Positions 35,016 through 44,212 are shown, counted from the stretch's first letter. The stretch: 64,000 bases of DNA from Lachnospiraceae bacterium (GCA_024696945.1 JAILGF010000196.1:8918-72917); one strand, 5' to 3'. Notes: generated from the letters alone by a model not told the origin. Numbers and translations: made by a program.

Positions 35016-36824
35016 ATGGCAGATTCAAGAACAACCGCCACACCTCCCCGGAACCTCTCCGGAATACAGAGACCGGGCAGGGGAATGCAGGTGGTTAAAC
35101 CTAAAAACCTGAAAGGGACTTTAAAAAGACTCTGGGATCTTACCAGAGGCAAAAGAAAGGGACTTGGCTGGGTACTGCTCCTTTCGGCATTCTCATCCGC
35201 TGCATCCATTATATCACCCAGACTTACGGGCAGTATCATAACAAGGATAAGCAACGGTGATCCGATAACAACTATGCTGATCCTTCTCGCCGGCCTCTAC
35301 GTCTGCGACTGGTTTGTAAAATTCATGCAGCAGTTTATGATGGCGGCAATAGGCCAGAGGATCATCAACCATATACGTCAGGCCCTGTTCGGAAAGATAA
35401 AGGAACTTCCTTTAAGATTTTTCGACAAGCACCAGCATGGCGAGCTGATGAGCAGACTTACCAACGATGTGGATAATATCAGCACCACGATATCGAGCTC
35501 GATCACGCTTTTGATGACGTATGTCTTTACCATTGTCGGTATTTTTACGATGATGATGCTCCTAAGTCCCATACTTACAATGATTACTCTTTGCAGCGTG
35601 GGTATGATATTTGTACTTACAAAGGTGGTTACAAGGCATACGAGAAAGCTGTTCAAGGAGCAGCAGAAGAACCTGGGTATCCTTAACGGACAGATAGAGG
35701 AGGGAATCTCGGGACTTACCGTTGTAAAGGCGTTCGGACGTGAAAAGGAGATGGAGGAGGATTTTGACAGAAAGAATGAGAATCTGTGCAAAACCTCTAT
35801 AAGAGCACTTATCTGGTCCGGATATCTCATGCCCCTGATGAACGTTATCAATAATATCTGTTATCTTGCCATAGCGGTTATCAGCGGTATCCTCTATATA
35901 GACGGAAGGCTCAGCGATATAGGTCTTATAAGCACATTCCTGCTGTATTCCAGGCAGTTTACCAGACCCTTTGTGGAGATAGCAAACGTATATAACAACC
36001 TTCAGACCGCTGTAGCGGGTGCCGAGCGTGTATTTGAGATAATGGATGAGGATCCTGAGCCCGTTGATAAGGAAGACGCTGCAGTGCTTGACAACCCTAA
36101 GGGTGAAGTAGAGTTTAAGCAGGTAAGCTTTGGATATGATGAGGGCAAGACCATCCTTAAGGATATTTCATTAAAAATCCCTGCAGGAAAAAAGGTTGCC
36201 ATTGTCGGTCCCACCGGTTCGGGAAAGACCACCATCATCAACCTTCTTACAAGATTTTACGATGTTAATTCGGGAAGCATATATCTGGACGGTAAGGATC
36301 TTCGGGATTACAGGATGGGAGACCTGCGCAAGGTATTCGGCGTAGTTCTTCAGGATACTGCTCTTTTTGCCGAATCGGTAAGGGAGAATATATCTTACGG
36401 AAACGAAGAAGCTTCTTTGGAAAGCATTAAGGAGGCAGCAGCCTCTGCAGGAGCGGATGCATTTATCGAAAGGCTTCCGAACGGGTACGATACGGTACTT
36501 GAACAGGGCGGCGCAGAGCTTTCACAGGGTGAGCGTCAGCTGCTCACCATTGCCAGAGCGGTCCTTTCAAATGCGCCCATCATGATACTTGATGAGGCGA
36601 CCAGCTCGGTTGATACGGTTACCGAGCAAAAGATAAGAAAGGCAATGCTCAAGATATGTGAGAACAGAACGAGCTTTATAATTGCGCACAGACTTTCAAC
36701 CATCCGCGATTCGGATATGATAATCCTCATAGAAGACGGCAGGATAGCCGAAAAGGGTTCCCATGCCGAGCTTATAGAACTGAACGGCAAGTATGCCGAA
36801 ATGTACAGGACTCAGGTAGGATGA
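35016..36824 (+). CDS. ABC exporter subunit (TMD-NBD half transporter) carrying the consensus ATPase site
   Basis: Walker A GPTGSGKTT, Walker B IMILDEATS with the catalytic Glu, switch His in IIAHRLS. The ABC signature is non-canonical, LSQGERQ. Confidence 0.9.
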   Translation: MADSRTTATPPRNLSGIQRPGRGMQVVKPKNLKGTLKRLWDLTRGKRKGLGWVLLLSAFSSAASIISPRLTGSIITRISNGDPITTMLILLAGLYVCDWFVKFMQQFMMAAIGQRIINHIRQALFGKIKELPLRFFDKHQHGELMSRLTNDVDNISTTISSSITLLMTYVFTIVGIFTMMMLLSPILTMITLCSVGMIFVLTKVVTRHTRKLFKEQQKNLGILNGQIEEGISGLTVVKAFGREKEMEEDFDRKNENLCKTSIRALIWSGYLMPLMNVINNICYLAIAVISGILYIDGRLSDIGLISTFLLYSRQFTRPFVEIANVYNNLQTAVAGAERVFEIMDEDPEPVDKEDAAVLDNPKGEVEFKQVSFGYDEGKTILKDISLKIPAGKKVAIVGPTGSGKTTIINLLTRFYDVNSGSIYLDGKDLRDYRMGDLRKVFGVVLQDTALFAESVRENISYGNEEASLESIKEAAASAGADAFIERLPNGYDTVLEQGGAELSQGERQLLTIARAVLSNAPIMILDEATSSVDTVTEQKIRKAMLKICENRTSFIIAHRLSTIRDSDMIILIEDGRIAEKGSHAELIELNGKYAEMYRTQVG

Positions 36825-36828
36825 GTGG

Positions 36829-36865
36829 AAAACAGCCATTATATTTAAAAATAGTGGCTGTTTTT
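36829..36865 (+). terminator. Intrinsic terminator after the ABC exporter pair
   Basis: AAAACAGCCA (36829-36838) pairs with TGGCTGTTTT (36855-36864) and runs into a T-rich tract. Confidence 0.7.
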
Positions 36866-36875
36866 AAATTTCTGC

Positions 36876-36904
36876 TTGCATTTTTTTTAAAGGTGTGCTA
36901 TTGT
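36876..36904 (+). promoter_or_regulatory. Putative extended -10 promoter of the FMN-riboswitch/ribU transcript
   Basis: -35 TTGCAT (36876-36881), 17-nt spacer ending in TGC, -10 TATTGT (36899-36904). Confidence 0.45.
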
Positions 36905-36943
36905 TCTTTTCTGTTGGAAAGTATAAAGCGTAAAGCTTCCGAC

Positions 36944-37052
36944 AATTCTTCAGGGTCGGGTGAAATTCCCTACTGGCGGTAAAGTCCGCGCGCCGAAAAG
37001 GCTGATCCGGTGAAACTCCGGGACCAACGGTAAAGTCCGGATGAAAGGAGAG
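36944..37052 (+). promoter_or_regulatory. FMN riboswitch (RFN element)
   Basis: Conserved RFN blocks: TTCTTCAGGGTCGGGTGAAATTCCCTACTGGCGGTAAAGTCCGCG...GATCCGGTGAAACTCCGGGACCAACGGTAAAGTCCGGATGAAAGGAG. The SD AAGGAG (37045-37050) lies in the 3' end of the element. No terminator precedes the ATG. Confidence 0.85.
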
Positions 37053-37057
37053 AGCAT

Positions 37058-37879
37058 ATGAATCTTATTTTATTGGCAGAAACTGCCGCTCAGGATGCTG
37101 CAAAAAAAGCAGACCCCACATTGTGGGAAACAGTTGTTGACAACGCACTGTATGTACTATCGTTCTTTGGCATTATCGTAGCCATGTTCCTTATCTCATT
37201 TGCTTTAGAAAGAGCGAATGACAAAAAGCACGGTCTTGATAAGAAACAGAAATTCTTCACTACCAAAAAGATCGCCGTTATCGGTATCTTATCCGCAATG
37301 GCTGCGGTACTTATGATCCTTGATTTCCCTATTCCGCTTATTCCCGGTGATGTTTACAAATTTGATTTCAGTGAGCTTCCCATTATGATCGTATCCTTTG
37401 CCTACGGACCGGCAACAGGCGTTGTAATGGAGTTTGTTAAGATCGTAATTAAGCTCCTTATCAAGGGAACGAGCACTGCATTTATCGGAGAGCTTGCAAA
37501 CTTCGTGGTCGGCTGCAGCTATGTAATACCCGCAGCGACAATATACATGTTCAACAAGACAAAGAAAAGAGCAGTTACGGCGTGCATCATATCCATTATT
37601 TCCATCACGGCGTTCTCGATCTTCTTTAACTGGCTGTATTTGATCCCTGCATTTGTCAGGTTCTTCTCGGCAAAATTCAACATTCCCGAGGAAGCGGCCG
37701 AGTCAAGCATAGTAGGCAAGGGAACCAAGGCAAATTCGTGGATCGTCGATATCAAAACCTTTATCCTTTATGCAACGATCCCCTTCAATTTCCTGAAAGG
37801 ACTTGCAATTTCCATCATCACCGTTATTGTATATAAGCCGTTAAGCCGTCTTATTAAAAGTGAAGGCAATAAGAGATAG
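37058..37879 (+). CDS. ribU: ECF-transporter S component, probable riboflavin transporter
   Basis: A multi-TM protein immediately downstream of the FMN riboswitch, with an S-component-like core (IAVIGILSAMAAVLMILDFPIP...FDFSELPIMIVSFAYGP). The N-terminus is ~60 aa longer than the RibU proteins I remember. Confidence 0.7.
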   Translation: MNLILLAETAAQDAAKKADPTLWETVVDNALYVLSFFGIIVAMFLISFALERANDKKHGLDKKQKFFTTKKIAVIGILSAMAAVLMILDFPIPLIPGDVYKFDFSELPIMIVSFAYGPATGVVMEFVKIVIKLLIKGTSTAFIGELANFVVGCSYVIPAATIYMFNKTKKRAVTACIISIISITAFSIFFNWLYLIPAFVRFFSAKFNIPEEAAESSIVGKGTKANSWIVDIKTFILYATIPFNFLKGLAISIITVIVYKPLSRLIKSEGNKR

Positions 37880-37888
37880 GTTAAAGTT

Positions 37889-37921
37889 ATGCACGGTTAG
37901 TTAAGGACCGTGCATTTTTTA
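37889..37921 (+). terminator. Intrinsic terminator after ribU
   Basis: ATGCACGGT (37889-37897) pairs perfectly with ACCGTGCAT (37907-37915), followed by TTTTTT. Confidence 0.8.
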
Positions 37922-38006
37922 GTTGCATTTTTAGGGCTCTTGTGGCAAAATATGTATGATACCGGGGATGACCTAAGGTTTCATTTATAGAGAAAGGATT
38001 ATCAAA

Positions 38007-38795
38007 ATGGCAATGAAATTAAAAGAAAAGAATGATGAAGAGATAGTTGAGAAAAAAGCCGAAACCGTAAAAAGATCGGGAAGATCAATTGCGGAGCTTG
38101 CATCTCTTTCAACTCTTTCAAAGGAAGAACTGGATGAGGCAAATGAAAATGCCGATGACGATATCGAGTATGCCGATGATGAATACGAGGACGATGAAAA
38201 CGGTTATTCTGATGACGACGGTTCCGAGGATGATGAGGATACAGAGTCTTCTGATGATGAGCAAGAGGCTGAAGAAGAAAAGGAACCTCCGATGGAGCAC
38301 TACGGAAGGGTGTTCAGCTTCGAAGGAAAACCTACCGAGAACGATATTTTCAGATTTATGTTCTATCATACATATTTCAGCGTTATAGGTGTTATAGCCG
38401 TGCTGATCGTGATCGCATCGGTCGTTATGTCCGTATGGAGCTTCATGGATAATAAGGTTTTACAGGGCTGTATTTTTGCAGGTGTTTTCCTGTTCTTTAT
38501 CATCAACAGTCCGCTCAGTCTTAAGAAGAGAGCAAAGAAGCAGGCAGACCAGATGTCTCACGGCGAGGGCATCATAACCTATACCTTCAGCGATGCCGGT
38601 TTTGATATGAAGAGAATGGATGAATATGCTCCTTACGCATATGATAGGATAATGAAGGTAGTACCGGGCAAGACCGCATACTACGTATATCTTGGTAAGA
38701 TGAGGGCATTCCTTGCCACAAAGGCTGACCTTGGAGCAAACGAAGAAACATTCCTTCAGCTGATGCGTGAAAAGGTTAAGAATTTTAGAGGTTGA
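38007..38795 (+). CDS. YcxB-like membrane protein with a highly acidic N-terminal region
   Basis: An acidic stretch (DDDIEYADDEYEDDENGYSDDDGSEDDEDTESSDDEQEAEEEKE) is followed by two TM helices and a C-terminal domain. This pattern resembles YcxB-family proteins, a low-certainty family call. Confidence 0.5.
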   Translation: MAMKLKEKNDEEIVEKKAETVKRSGRSIAELASLSTLSKEELDEANENADDDIEYADDEYEDDENGYSDDDGSEDDEDTESSDDEQEAEEEKEPPMEHYGRVFSFEGKPTENDIFRFMFYHTYFSVIGVIAVLIVIASVVMSVWSFMDNKVLQGCIFAGVFLFFIINSPLSLKKRAKKQADQMSHGEGIITYTFSDAGFDMKRMDEYAPYAYDRIMKVVPGKTAYYVYLGKMRAFLATKADLGANEETFLQLMREKVKNFRG

Positions 38796-38834
38796 TCGGT
38801 AAACACGGTTGTTTACGAGGTGTTTAATTAAAAA

Positions 38835-39275
38835 ATGATAATAGAAACAAATTCCGACAGGGATACATTTGAATTTGGAAAAAAGCTGGGTGAAAAAGCC
38901 GGACCCGGATCAGTATATTGCCTTGACGGGGATCTTGGAACCGGCAAGACGGTTATAGCGAAGGGCATAGCTGCCGGATTGGGGATCACGGAACCGGTCA
39001 GCAGCCCGACGTTTACTGTAATAAAGGAATACAACGAAGGCCGGCTTCCTTTTTATCACTTTGATGTATACAGGATCGAAGATCCTGTCGAAATGGATGA
39101 GATAGGATATGAGGATTATTTTTACGGTTCGGGAGTAACTGTCATTGAGTGGTCGGACATGATAGAAGAACTGATACCGGAAAATGCCGTAAGGATCAGA
39201 CTTGTTAAGGATATGAACAAGGGATTTGACTATCGAAAAATTTCGATCGAGGGTTTGCCTGAAGCACAGAATTAA
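38835..39275 (+). CDS. tsaE: tRNA t6A37 biosynthesis ATPase TsaE
   Basis: P-loop LDGDLGTGKT, then SPTFT and HFDVYR motifs, all typical of TsaE/YjeE. Confidence 0.9.
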   Translation: MIIETNSDRDTFEFGKKLGEKAGPGSVYCLDGDLGTGKTVIAKGIAAGLGITEPVSSPTFTVIKEYNEGRLPFYHFDVYRIEDPVEMDEIGYEDYFYGSGVTVIEWSDMIEELIPENAVRIRLVKDMNKGFDYRKISIEGLPEAQN

Positions 39276-39308
39276 GTTCTTAGGATAATTTGGCGGGGAT
39301 TCTCAAAA

Positions 39309-40031
39309 ATGAATATACTGGCAATAGACAGTTCGGGGCTGACGGCCTCCGTAGCGTTACAGACAGACGGAAAGCTGACAGCTGAATATACTGTGAACAA
39401 TAAAAAAACTCACTCTCAGACACTTCTTCCAATGATAGAAGAAATAATGAGATCGGAAGGCCTTGAGCCAAAGGATCTGGACTGCATAGCCGTTTCGGCG
39501 GGGCCGGGATCTTTTACGGGATTAAGGATAGGCTCGGCTACTGCAAAGGGTCTGGGGCTGGCACTTGATATCCCGGTGGCAGAGGTATCTACCCTGCAGG
39601 CACTTGCCTACAATCTGTACGGTAACGAGGGGTGTGTCATTTGTCCCATTATGGATGCCAGAAGGCAGGAGGTATATACGGGGGCTTATGAGTTTGTAAG
39701 GACCGATACCGACGATAAGCCTGCCGTATACAGACTGAATACTATAATAGAAGAACAGGCGATACCCTTGAAGGATATGCTGTCCAAGCTTGAAGAAACA
39801 GGCAGGAAGGTGATCTTTAACGGAGATGGGGTACCTGTTTACAGAGAACTGATAGCTGAAAACTTTAAAACGGAGTACTCATTTGCTCCTTCTACATGCC
39901 TTTACCAGAGGGCAGCCTCGGTGGCGGCGATAGGTGAGCAAAAGCTTTTGAACGGCGATGTGATAAGTGCGGACGCACATACTCCGATATATCTCAGAAA
40001 ATCACAGGCCGAGCGAGAAATGGAGGCGTAA
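39309..40031 (+). CDS. tsaB: tRNA t6A37 biosynthesis protein TsaB
   Basis: MNILAIDSSG...HSQTLLPMIEE...AVSAGPGSFTGLRIG is the canonical TsaB/YeaZ N-terminus. Confidence 0.9.
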   Translation: MNILAIDSSGLTASVALQTDGKLTAEYTVNNKKTHSQTLLPMIEEIMRSEGLEPKDLDCIAVSAGPGSFTGLRIGSATAKGLGLALDIPVAEVSTLQALAYNLYGNEGCVICPIMDARRQEVYTGAYEFVRTDTDDKPAVYRLNTIIEEQAIPLKDMLSKLEETGRKVIFNGDGVPVYRELIAENFKTEYSFAPSTCLYQRAASVAAIGEQKLLNGDVISADAHTPIYLRKSQAEREMEA

Positions 40032-40483
40032 TGCTTGTCAGAACCGCGACACAAAATGACATACCGTATGTCCATGGCATAGAGCGGGTATGCTTTTCGG
40101 ATCCATGGTCCTTGGAGTCTATTTCGGGGTTTTTAAACGAAAAGGGACGTTCTGTTTTTGTTGCCGAAAACGAGGGAACGATTATCGGGTACGGTGTGAC
40201 CATGCAGGTTCTTGACGAGTGTGAGATATTAAGAGTTGCCGTAAAGAATGAATTCAGGAAAAAAGGTGTTGGCAACATACTCCTCGGTGAAATGATAGCT
40301 AAGGCATTTGAATCCGGAACACGGCTGTACTTTTTGGAGGTCAGGGAAAGCAACATCCCTGCCATAGCGCTGTACAGAAAGCACGGATTTATTGAAAGCG
40401 GATTGAGAAAGGACTATTATACGGCACCCGTGGAAAATGCGGTGCTGATGAGCAAATGTGTTGCCGGAACGGGTTCCGGCTGA
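40031..40483 (+). CDS. rimI: Ribosomal-protein-alanine N-acetyltransferase (GNAT)
   Basis: The start overlaps the tsaB stop. The GNAT motif A, RVAVKNEFRKKGVGNILL, and its position between tsaB and tsaD are typical of rimI. Confidence 0.8.
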   Translation: MLVRTATQNDIPYVHGIERVCFSDPWSLESISGFLNEKGRSVFVAENEGTIIGYGVTMQVLDECEILRVAVKNEFRKKGVGNILLGEMIAKAFESGTRLYFLEVRESNIPAIALYRKHGFIESGLRKDYYTAPVENAVLMSKCVAGTGSG

Positions 40484-40518
40484 CACATGTTTTAATTAGG
40501 TTAATAAAGGAATAAGAT

Positions 40519-41439
40519 ATGTTAGATCTATGTTTATTAGGAACCGGAGGCATGATGCCTCTGCCCTACAGGCGGCTTACTGCTCTCATGATGAGATACA
40601 ACGGCAGCAGCATGCTGATAGATTGCGGTGAAGGAACTCAGGTAGCAATAAGAGAAAGAGGCTGGAGCTTCCACGATATAGATGTGCTGTGCATAACCCA
40701 TTTCCATGGGGATCATATCAGCGGACTCCCGGGATTGTTGCTGTCCATGGGCAATGCGGAAAGAACAGAACCGGTTACGATAATCGGACCGAAGGGACTT
40801 GAGAGAACGGTAAATGCTCTAAGGATCATAGCACCGGAGCTCCCGTTCGAAATAAAGTTCATTGAGCTTTCGGAGCCGGTTACGGAACTGAAGCTTTTCG
40901 GATACAGGATAAATGCCTTTAAGGTTAATCACAGGGTTACCTGCTACGGATACAGTGTAAGCATCGACCGTGCCGGAAAATTCGATCCCGAAAAGGCGGC
41001 GGCAAACAATGTTCCAATGAAGGCTTGGAGCAGGCTTCAGAAGGGACAGATTGTTGAGTTGGACGGAGTGACCTATACGCAGGATATGATACTGGGTCCC
41101 GAGAGAAGAGGTTTAAAGATTACCTATTGCACTGATACAAGACCATTAAAGATAATCTCGGATATGGCTTCCGGTGCGGATATATTCATATGTGAGGGAA
41201 TGTACGGAGAGGATGACAAAGCGGATAATGCGGTGGATCATAAGCACATGACTTTTACCGAGGCCGCAAAGCTGGCAGCGGCAGCAGATCCAAATCCTAA
41301 GGAGATGTGGCTTACACATTACAGTCCTTCATTGGTCAATCCTGCAGAATATGTGGGAAACATACGCAGCATTTTCCCGAATGTTATAGCTACCAAGGAT
41401 TTGCGTACGGTTACGCTGAATTTTGTTGATGAAGATTGA
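40519..41439 (+). CDS. rnz: Ribonuclease Z (MBL fold, short form)
   Basis: LLGTGGMMP...LIDCGEGTQ...ITHFHGDHISGLPGLLL is the RNase Z N-terminal and HxHxDH pattern. The length, 306 aa, fits. Confidence 0.85.
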   Translation: MLDLCLLGTGGMMPLPYRRLTALMMRYNGSSMLIDCGEGTQVAIRERGWSFHDIDVLCITHFHGDHISGLPGLLLSMGNAERTEPVTIIGPKGLERTVNALRIIAPELPFEIKFIELSEPVTELKLFGYRINAFKVNHRVTCYGYSVSIDRAGKFDPEKAAANNVPMKAWSRLQKGQIVELDGVTYTQDMILGPERRGLKITYCTDTRPLKIISDMASGADIFICEGMYGEDDKADNAVDHKHMTFTEAAKLAAAADPNPKEMWLTHYSPSLVNPAEYVGNIRSIFPNVIATKDLRTVTLNFVDED

Positions 41440-41473
41440 TGAGAAATATTAAAACAGGAGGAGGAGACTATAA

Positions 41474-42079
41474 ATGAGTGCAAAGAAAAAAAACAGTCCT
41501 GTCGGGACCATCATTTTTACAATCCTCCTGGCAGCGGTGATCATCGGTATATACTTTGCGATCACCAGAAATAAGAACAATGATACAAAAGAAATCCCTG
41601 CGGAAACATCGGAAGCGGATACCCTGATAAAAAAGGACCTGGACTGGGAATATCCGGCAACTCCAAGAGAGGTATTGAAGCTTTACTGCAGGATTACGAA
41701 GTGCCTTTATAATGACGATCTTACCGATGAACAGATAAAGAAGCTGGTAGGCCAGGTAAGAAATCTGTATTCCTTCGAGCTGCTTGAAAACAATGCGGAG
41801 GATGAGCAGATAAGTTTTATTAAAGGTGACAGGGACCAGTATAAAAAAGATAAAAAGACCATTTTCAATTTTGCCATAGACAGCGCCAATAATATCGAAT
41901 ACATGGATACAAAGGCAGGCAAGACCGCTGTGATCAAGATGTATTTTACATTAAGGGCCGGCGCAAATATGGACAGGGCATTCGAAGAATTCAGCCTGAT
42001 ACAGGAAGCTAGCGGAAGATGGAAGATAGCGGCATGGAGAATGTCGGAGAATGAGACTGCTATCGATGAGGTGGATTAA
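41474..42079 (+). CDS. Hypothetical membrane-anchored protein
   Basis: Strong AGGAGGAGGAG SD and an N-terminal TM anchor (VGTIIFTILLAAVIIGIYFAI). The soluble domain has no motif I recognise. Confidence 0.55.
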   Translation: MSAKKKNSPVGTIIFTILLAAVIIGIYFAITRNKNNDTKEIPAETSEADTLIKKDLDWEYPATPREVLKLYCRITKCLYNDDLTDEQIKKLVGQVRNLYSFELLENNAEDEQISFIKGDRDQYKKDKKTIFNFAIDSANNIEYMDTKAGKTAVIKMYFTLRAGANMDRAFEEFSLIQEASGRWKIAAWRMSENETAIDEVD

Positions 42080-42095
42080 GGTTATAAAACATGCT

Positions 42096-42152
42096 GTCAT
42101 CCTGAGCTATATCGCAGTTTGCAAGGCAAACTACGATGTGAGCGATAGATCT
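42096..42152 (+). repeat. Dispersed intergenic repeat, copy B (long variant with an internal hairpin insert)
   Basis: GTCATCCTGAGC + TATATCGCAGTTTGCAAGGCAAACTACGATGT + GAGCGATAGATCT. The insert contains the stem CGCAGTTTGC/GCAAACTACG (9 of 10 bp). Confidence 0.7.
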
Positions 42153-42175
42153 TAAAAAAGGATAGTGACATATAA

Positions 42176-43321
42176 ATGAACGGTGAAAAAGATACTTTGA
42201 TACTTGCGATTGAATCTTCCTGCGATGAGACTGCGGCAGCAGTGGTGAAGAACGGCAGGGAGGTCCTTTCAAATACAATATATTCCCAGATCGACCTGCA
42301 CACGCTTTACGGCGGAGTGGTTCCTGAGATAGCTTCAAGAAAACATATAGAAAAAATAAATCAGGTAGTTAAAACCTCGTTAAAGGATGCGGGAGTAACC
42401 CTTGATGAAATAGATGCCATTGGCGTAACCTACGGTCCGGGACTGGTAGGAGCACTGTTGGTGGGTGTTGCCGAGGCGAAGGCCATTGCCTATGCTGCAA
42501 ATAAGCCTTTGGTAGGCGTTCATCACATTGAAGGGCATATTGCGGCCAACTATGTGGAACACAAGGAGCTGGAGCCTCCGTATCTGTGTCTTGTTGTTTC
42601 AGGAGGTCACACTCACCTTGTAAGGGTTAACGGATATTCGGAGTATGAGATAATCGGAAGAACTCATGATGACGCGGCCGGAGAGGCATTTGACAAGGTG
42701 GCCCGTGCTATAGGACTTGGTTATCCGGGCGGACCGAAGGTGGACAAAGTTTCCAAGACAGGCAGAAAGGATATTTTGGCATTCCCCAGAGCTCATATTG
42801 AGGGCTGTCCTTATGATTTCAGCTTCAGCGGCTTAAAGTCTGCGGTGCTCAATTATCTTAATTCCTGTAAGATGAAGCAGGCGGCAGCAAATTCCGGTAA
42901 TGATTCGGATAAGGACGCCACAACTGCAAAGAAACCGGGAGGCAGTGTATATGAGACTGTTTTTTCCGGGGATGACATGATCGATCCCGAGCAGGGGATA
43001 ACGGTAGCGGATGTAGCCGCATCCTTCCAGGAGGCGGTCGTCGATGCGCTGGTAAGCAAGACCATGGCAGCTGCAAAGGACCTTGGATATACCAAGATAG
43101 CCATGGCAGGCGGAGTGGCATCAAACTCGGCACTTAGAGCAGGTATGAGGGAAGTTTGTGAGAAGAACGGATATGAACTGTATTATCCTTCACCCATACT
43201 CTGTACGGACAATGCAGCAATGATAGGATGTGCCGCATACTATGAGTATATATCGGGGACGAGACACGGCTGGGACCTGAATGCGGTTCCGAACCTGAAG
43301 CTCGGAGAAAGAGCATATTGA
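42176..43321 (+). CDS. tsaD: tRNA N6-adenosine threonylcarbamoyltransferase TsaD
   Basis: [25 protein letters not shown] and VSGGHT motifs are present. It carries a ~40-aa low-complexity insert ([24 protein letters not shown]...) not present in canonical TsaD. Confidence 0.93.
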   Translation: MNGEKDTLILAIESSCDETAAAVVKNGREVLSNTIYSQIDLHTLYGGVVPEIASRKHIEKINQVVKTSLKDAGVTLDEIDAIGVTYGPGLVGALLVGVAEAKAIAYAANKPLVGVHHIEGHIAANYVEHKELEPPYLCLVVSGGHTHLVRVNGYSEYEIIGRTHDDAAGEAFDKVARAIGLGYPGGPKVDKVSKTGRKDILAFPRAHIEGCPYDFSFSGLKSAVLNYLNSCKMKQAAANSGNDSDKDATTAKKPGGSVYETVFSGDDMIDPEQGITVADVAASFQEAVVDALVSKTMAAAKDLGYTKIAMAGGVASNSALRAGMREVCEKNGYELYYPSPILCTDNAAMIGCAAYYEYISGTRHGWDLNAVPNLKLGERAY

Positions 43322-43328
43322 ACGGATG

Positions 43329-43360
43329 ACAACCTTTGGCAGATCGCTGAGGGTTGTTTT
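43329..43360 (+). terminator. Weak hairpin plus T-tract after tsaD
   Basis: ACAACC pairs with GGTTGT (6 bp) around a 17-nt loop, followed by TTTT. Confidence 0.3.
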
Positions 43361-43393
43361 GTGATGGATATTATCGGTATTGGGGATGAAAAG

Positions 43394-44146
43394 ATGAACG
43401 GAAAGATTTCGGCGATAATAGTTGCGGCAGGCACAGGAAAGAGAATGAACAGTACTGTGAAAAAACAGTATATGGAAATAGCATCTCAACCTGTGCTCGC
43501 ACTGACTTTGAGAGCTTTTGATAAAAGTGATGTGGATGAAATAGTGATTGTTACCGGAGAAGACGAAATATCTTATGTCAGGGAACAGATAGTCGAAGGG
43601 TTTTGTATAAAGAAGGTTGTGGCTATCTGTGCCGGGGGAAAAGAAAGATGCGACTCGGTGTATGAAGGACTGAAACAGATAATAAACAGACGTCGACAGG
43701 AAGCTGCTGACCTTGAAGGATATGTTTTAATTCATGATGGGGTCAGACCCCTAATCTCGCCCTCTTTGATCAATTCATGTATAGAGAGCGTAAAGAAATA
43801 CAAAGCATGCATTCCCGGGGTGCCGGAGAAGGATACCGTTAAGGAAGCGGATGATGAAATGCAGGTTCTCAGAACTCCGGATAGAAAGAAGATGTACAGG
43901 ATACAGACTCCGCAATGTTTTGAACTGTCTTTGATAGAAGAGGCTTTTGAGAAGTATTATAAAGAAAACGCTGCGGGTGAAAACGGCAAGTGCTCTGCAG
44001 GCATAACAGATGATGCAATGCTTGTAGAAAAATATACCGGTCATAAGGTGAAGATAATAGAAGGGGATTATAAAAACATCAAGATAACTACACCGGATGA
44101 CCTTGAAATCGCAGAGTATTATATCAAGCGTAAAAATAATGCATGA
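43394..44146 (+). CDS. ispD: 2-C-methyl-D-erythritol 4-phosphate cytidylyltransferase
   Basis: The N-terminus ISAIIVAAGTGKRM is the IspD signature, so I chose the ATG at 43394. The GTG at 43361 in the ORF track adds 11 residues. Later VLIHDGVRP and QTPQ motifs are present. Confidence 0.88.
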   Translation: MNGKISAIIVAAGTGKRMNSTVKKQYMEIASQPVLALTLRAFDKSDVDEIVIVTGEDEISYVREQIVEGFCIKKVVAICAGGKERCDSVYEGLKQIINRRRQEAADLEGYVLIHDGVRPLISPSLINSCIESVKKYKACIPGVPEKDTVKEADDEMQVLRTPDRKKMYRIQTPQCFELSLIEEAFEKYYKENAAGENGKCSAGITDDAMLVEKYTGHKVKIIEGDYKNIKITTPDDLEIAEYYIKRKNNA

Positions 44147-44186
44147 AGATAAAGCGAGAAGATGAAACGAGAAGTAGTTTGGTCTT

Positions 44187-44212
44187 GTCATTCTGAACGA
44201 AGTGAAGAATCT
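44187..44212 (+). repeat. Dispersed intergenic repeat, copy C
   Basis: GTCATTCTGAACGAAGTGAAGAATCT. The 44202 start in the ORF track falls inside this repeat and is probably artefactual. Confidence 0.8.

Noticed and set aside
38089-38388. Alternative-frame ORFs on both strands (99 aa +, 83 aa -) inside the acidic N-terminal region of the YcxB-like gene
   Set aside because: They are products of the GAT/GAA-rich repetitive coding sequence, which leaves the other frames open. There is no independent support.
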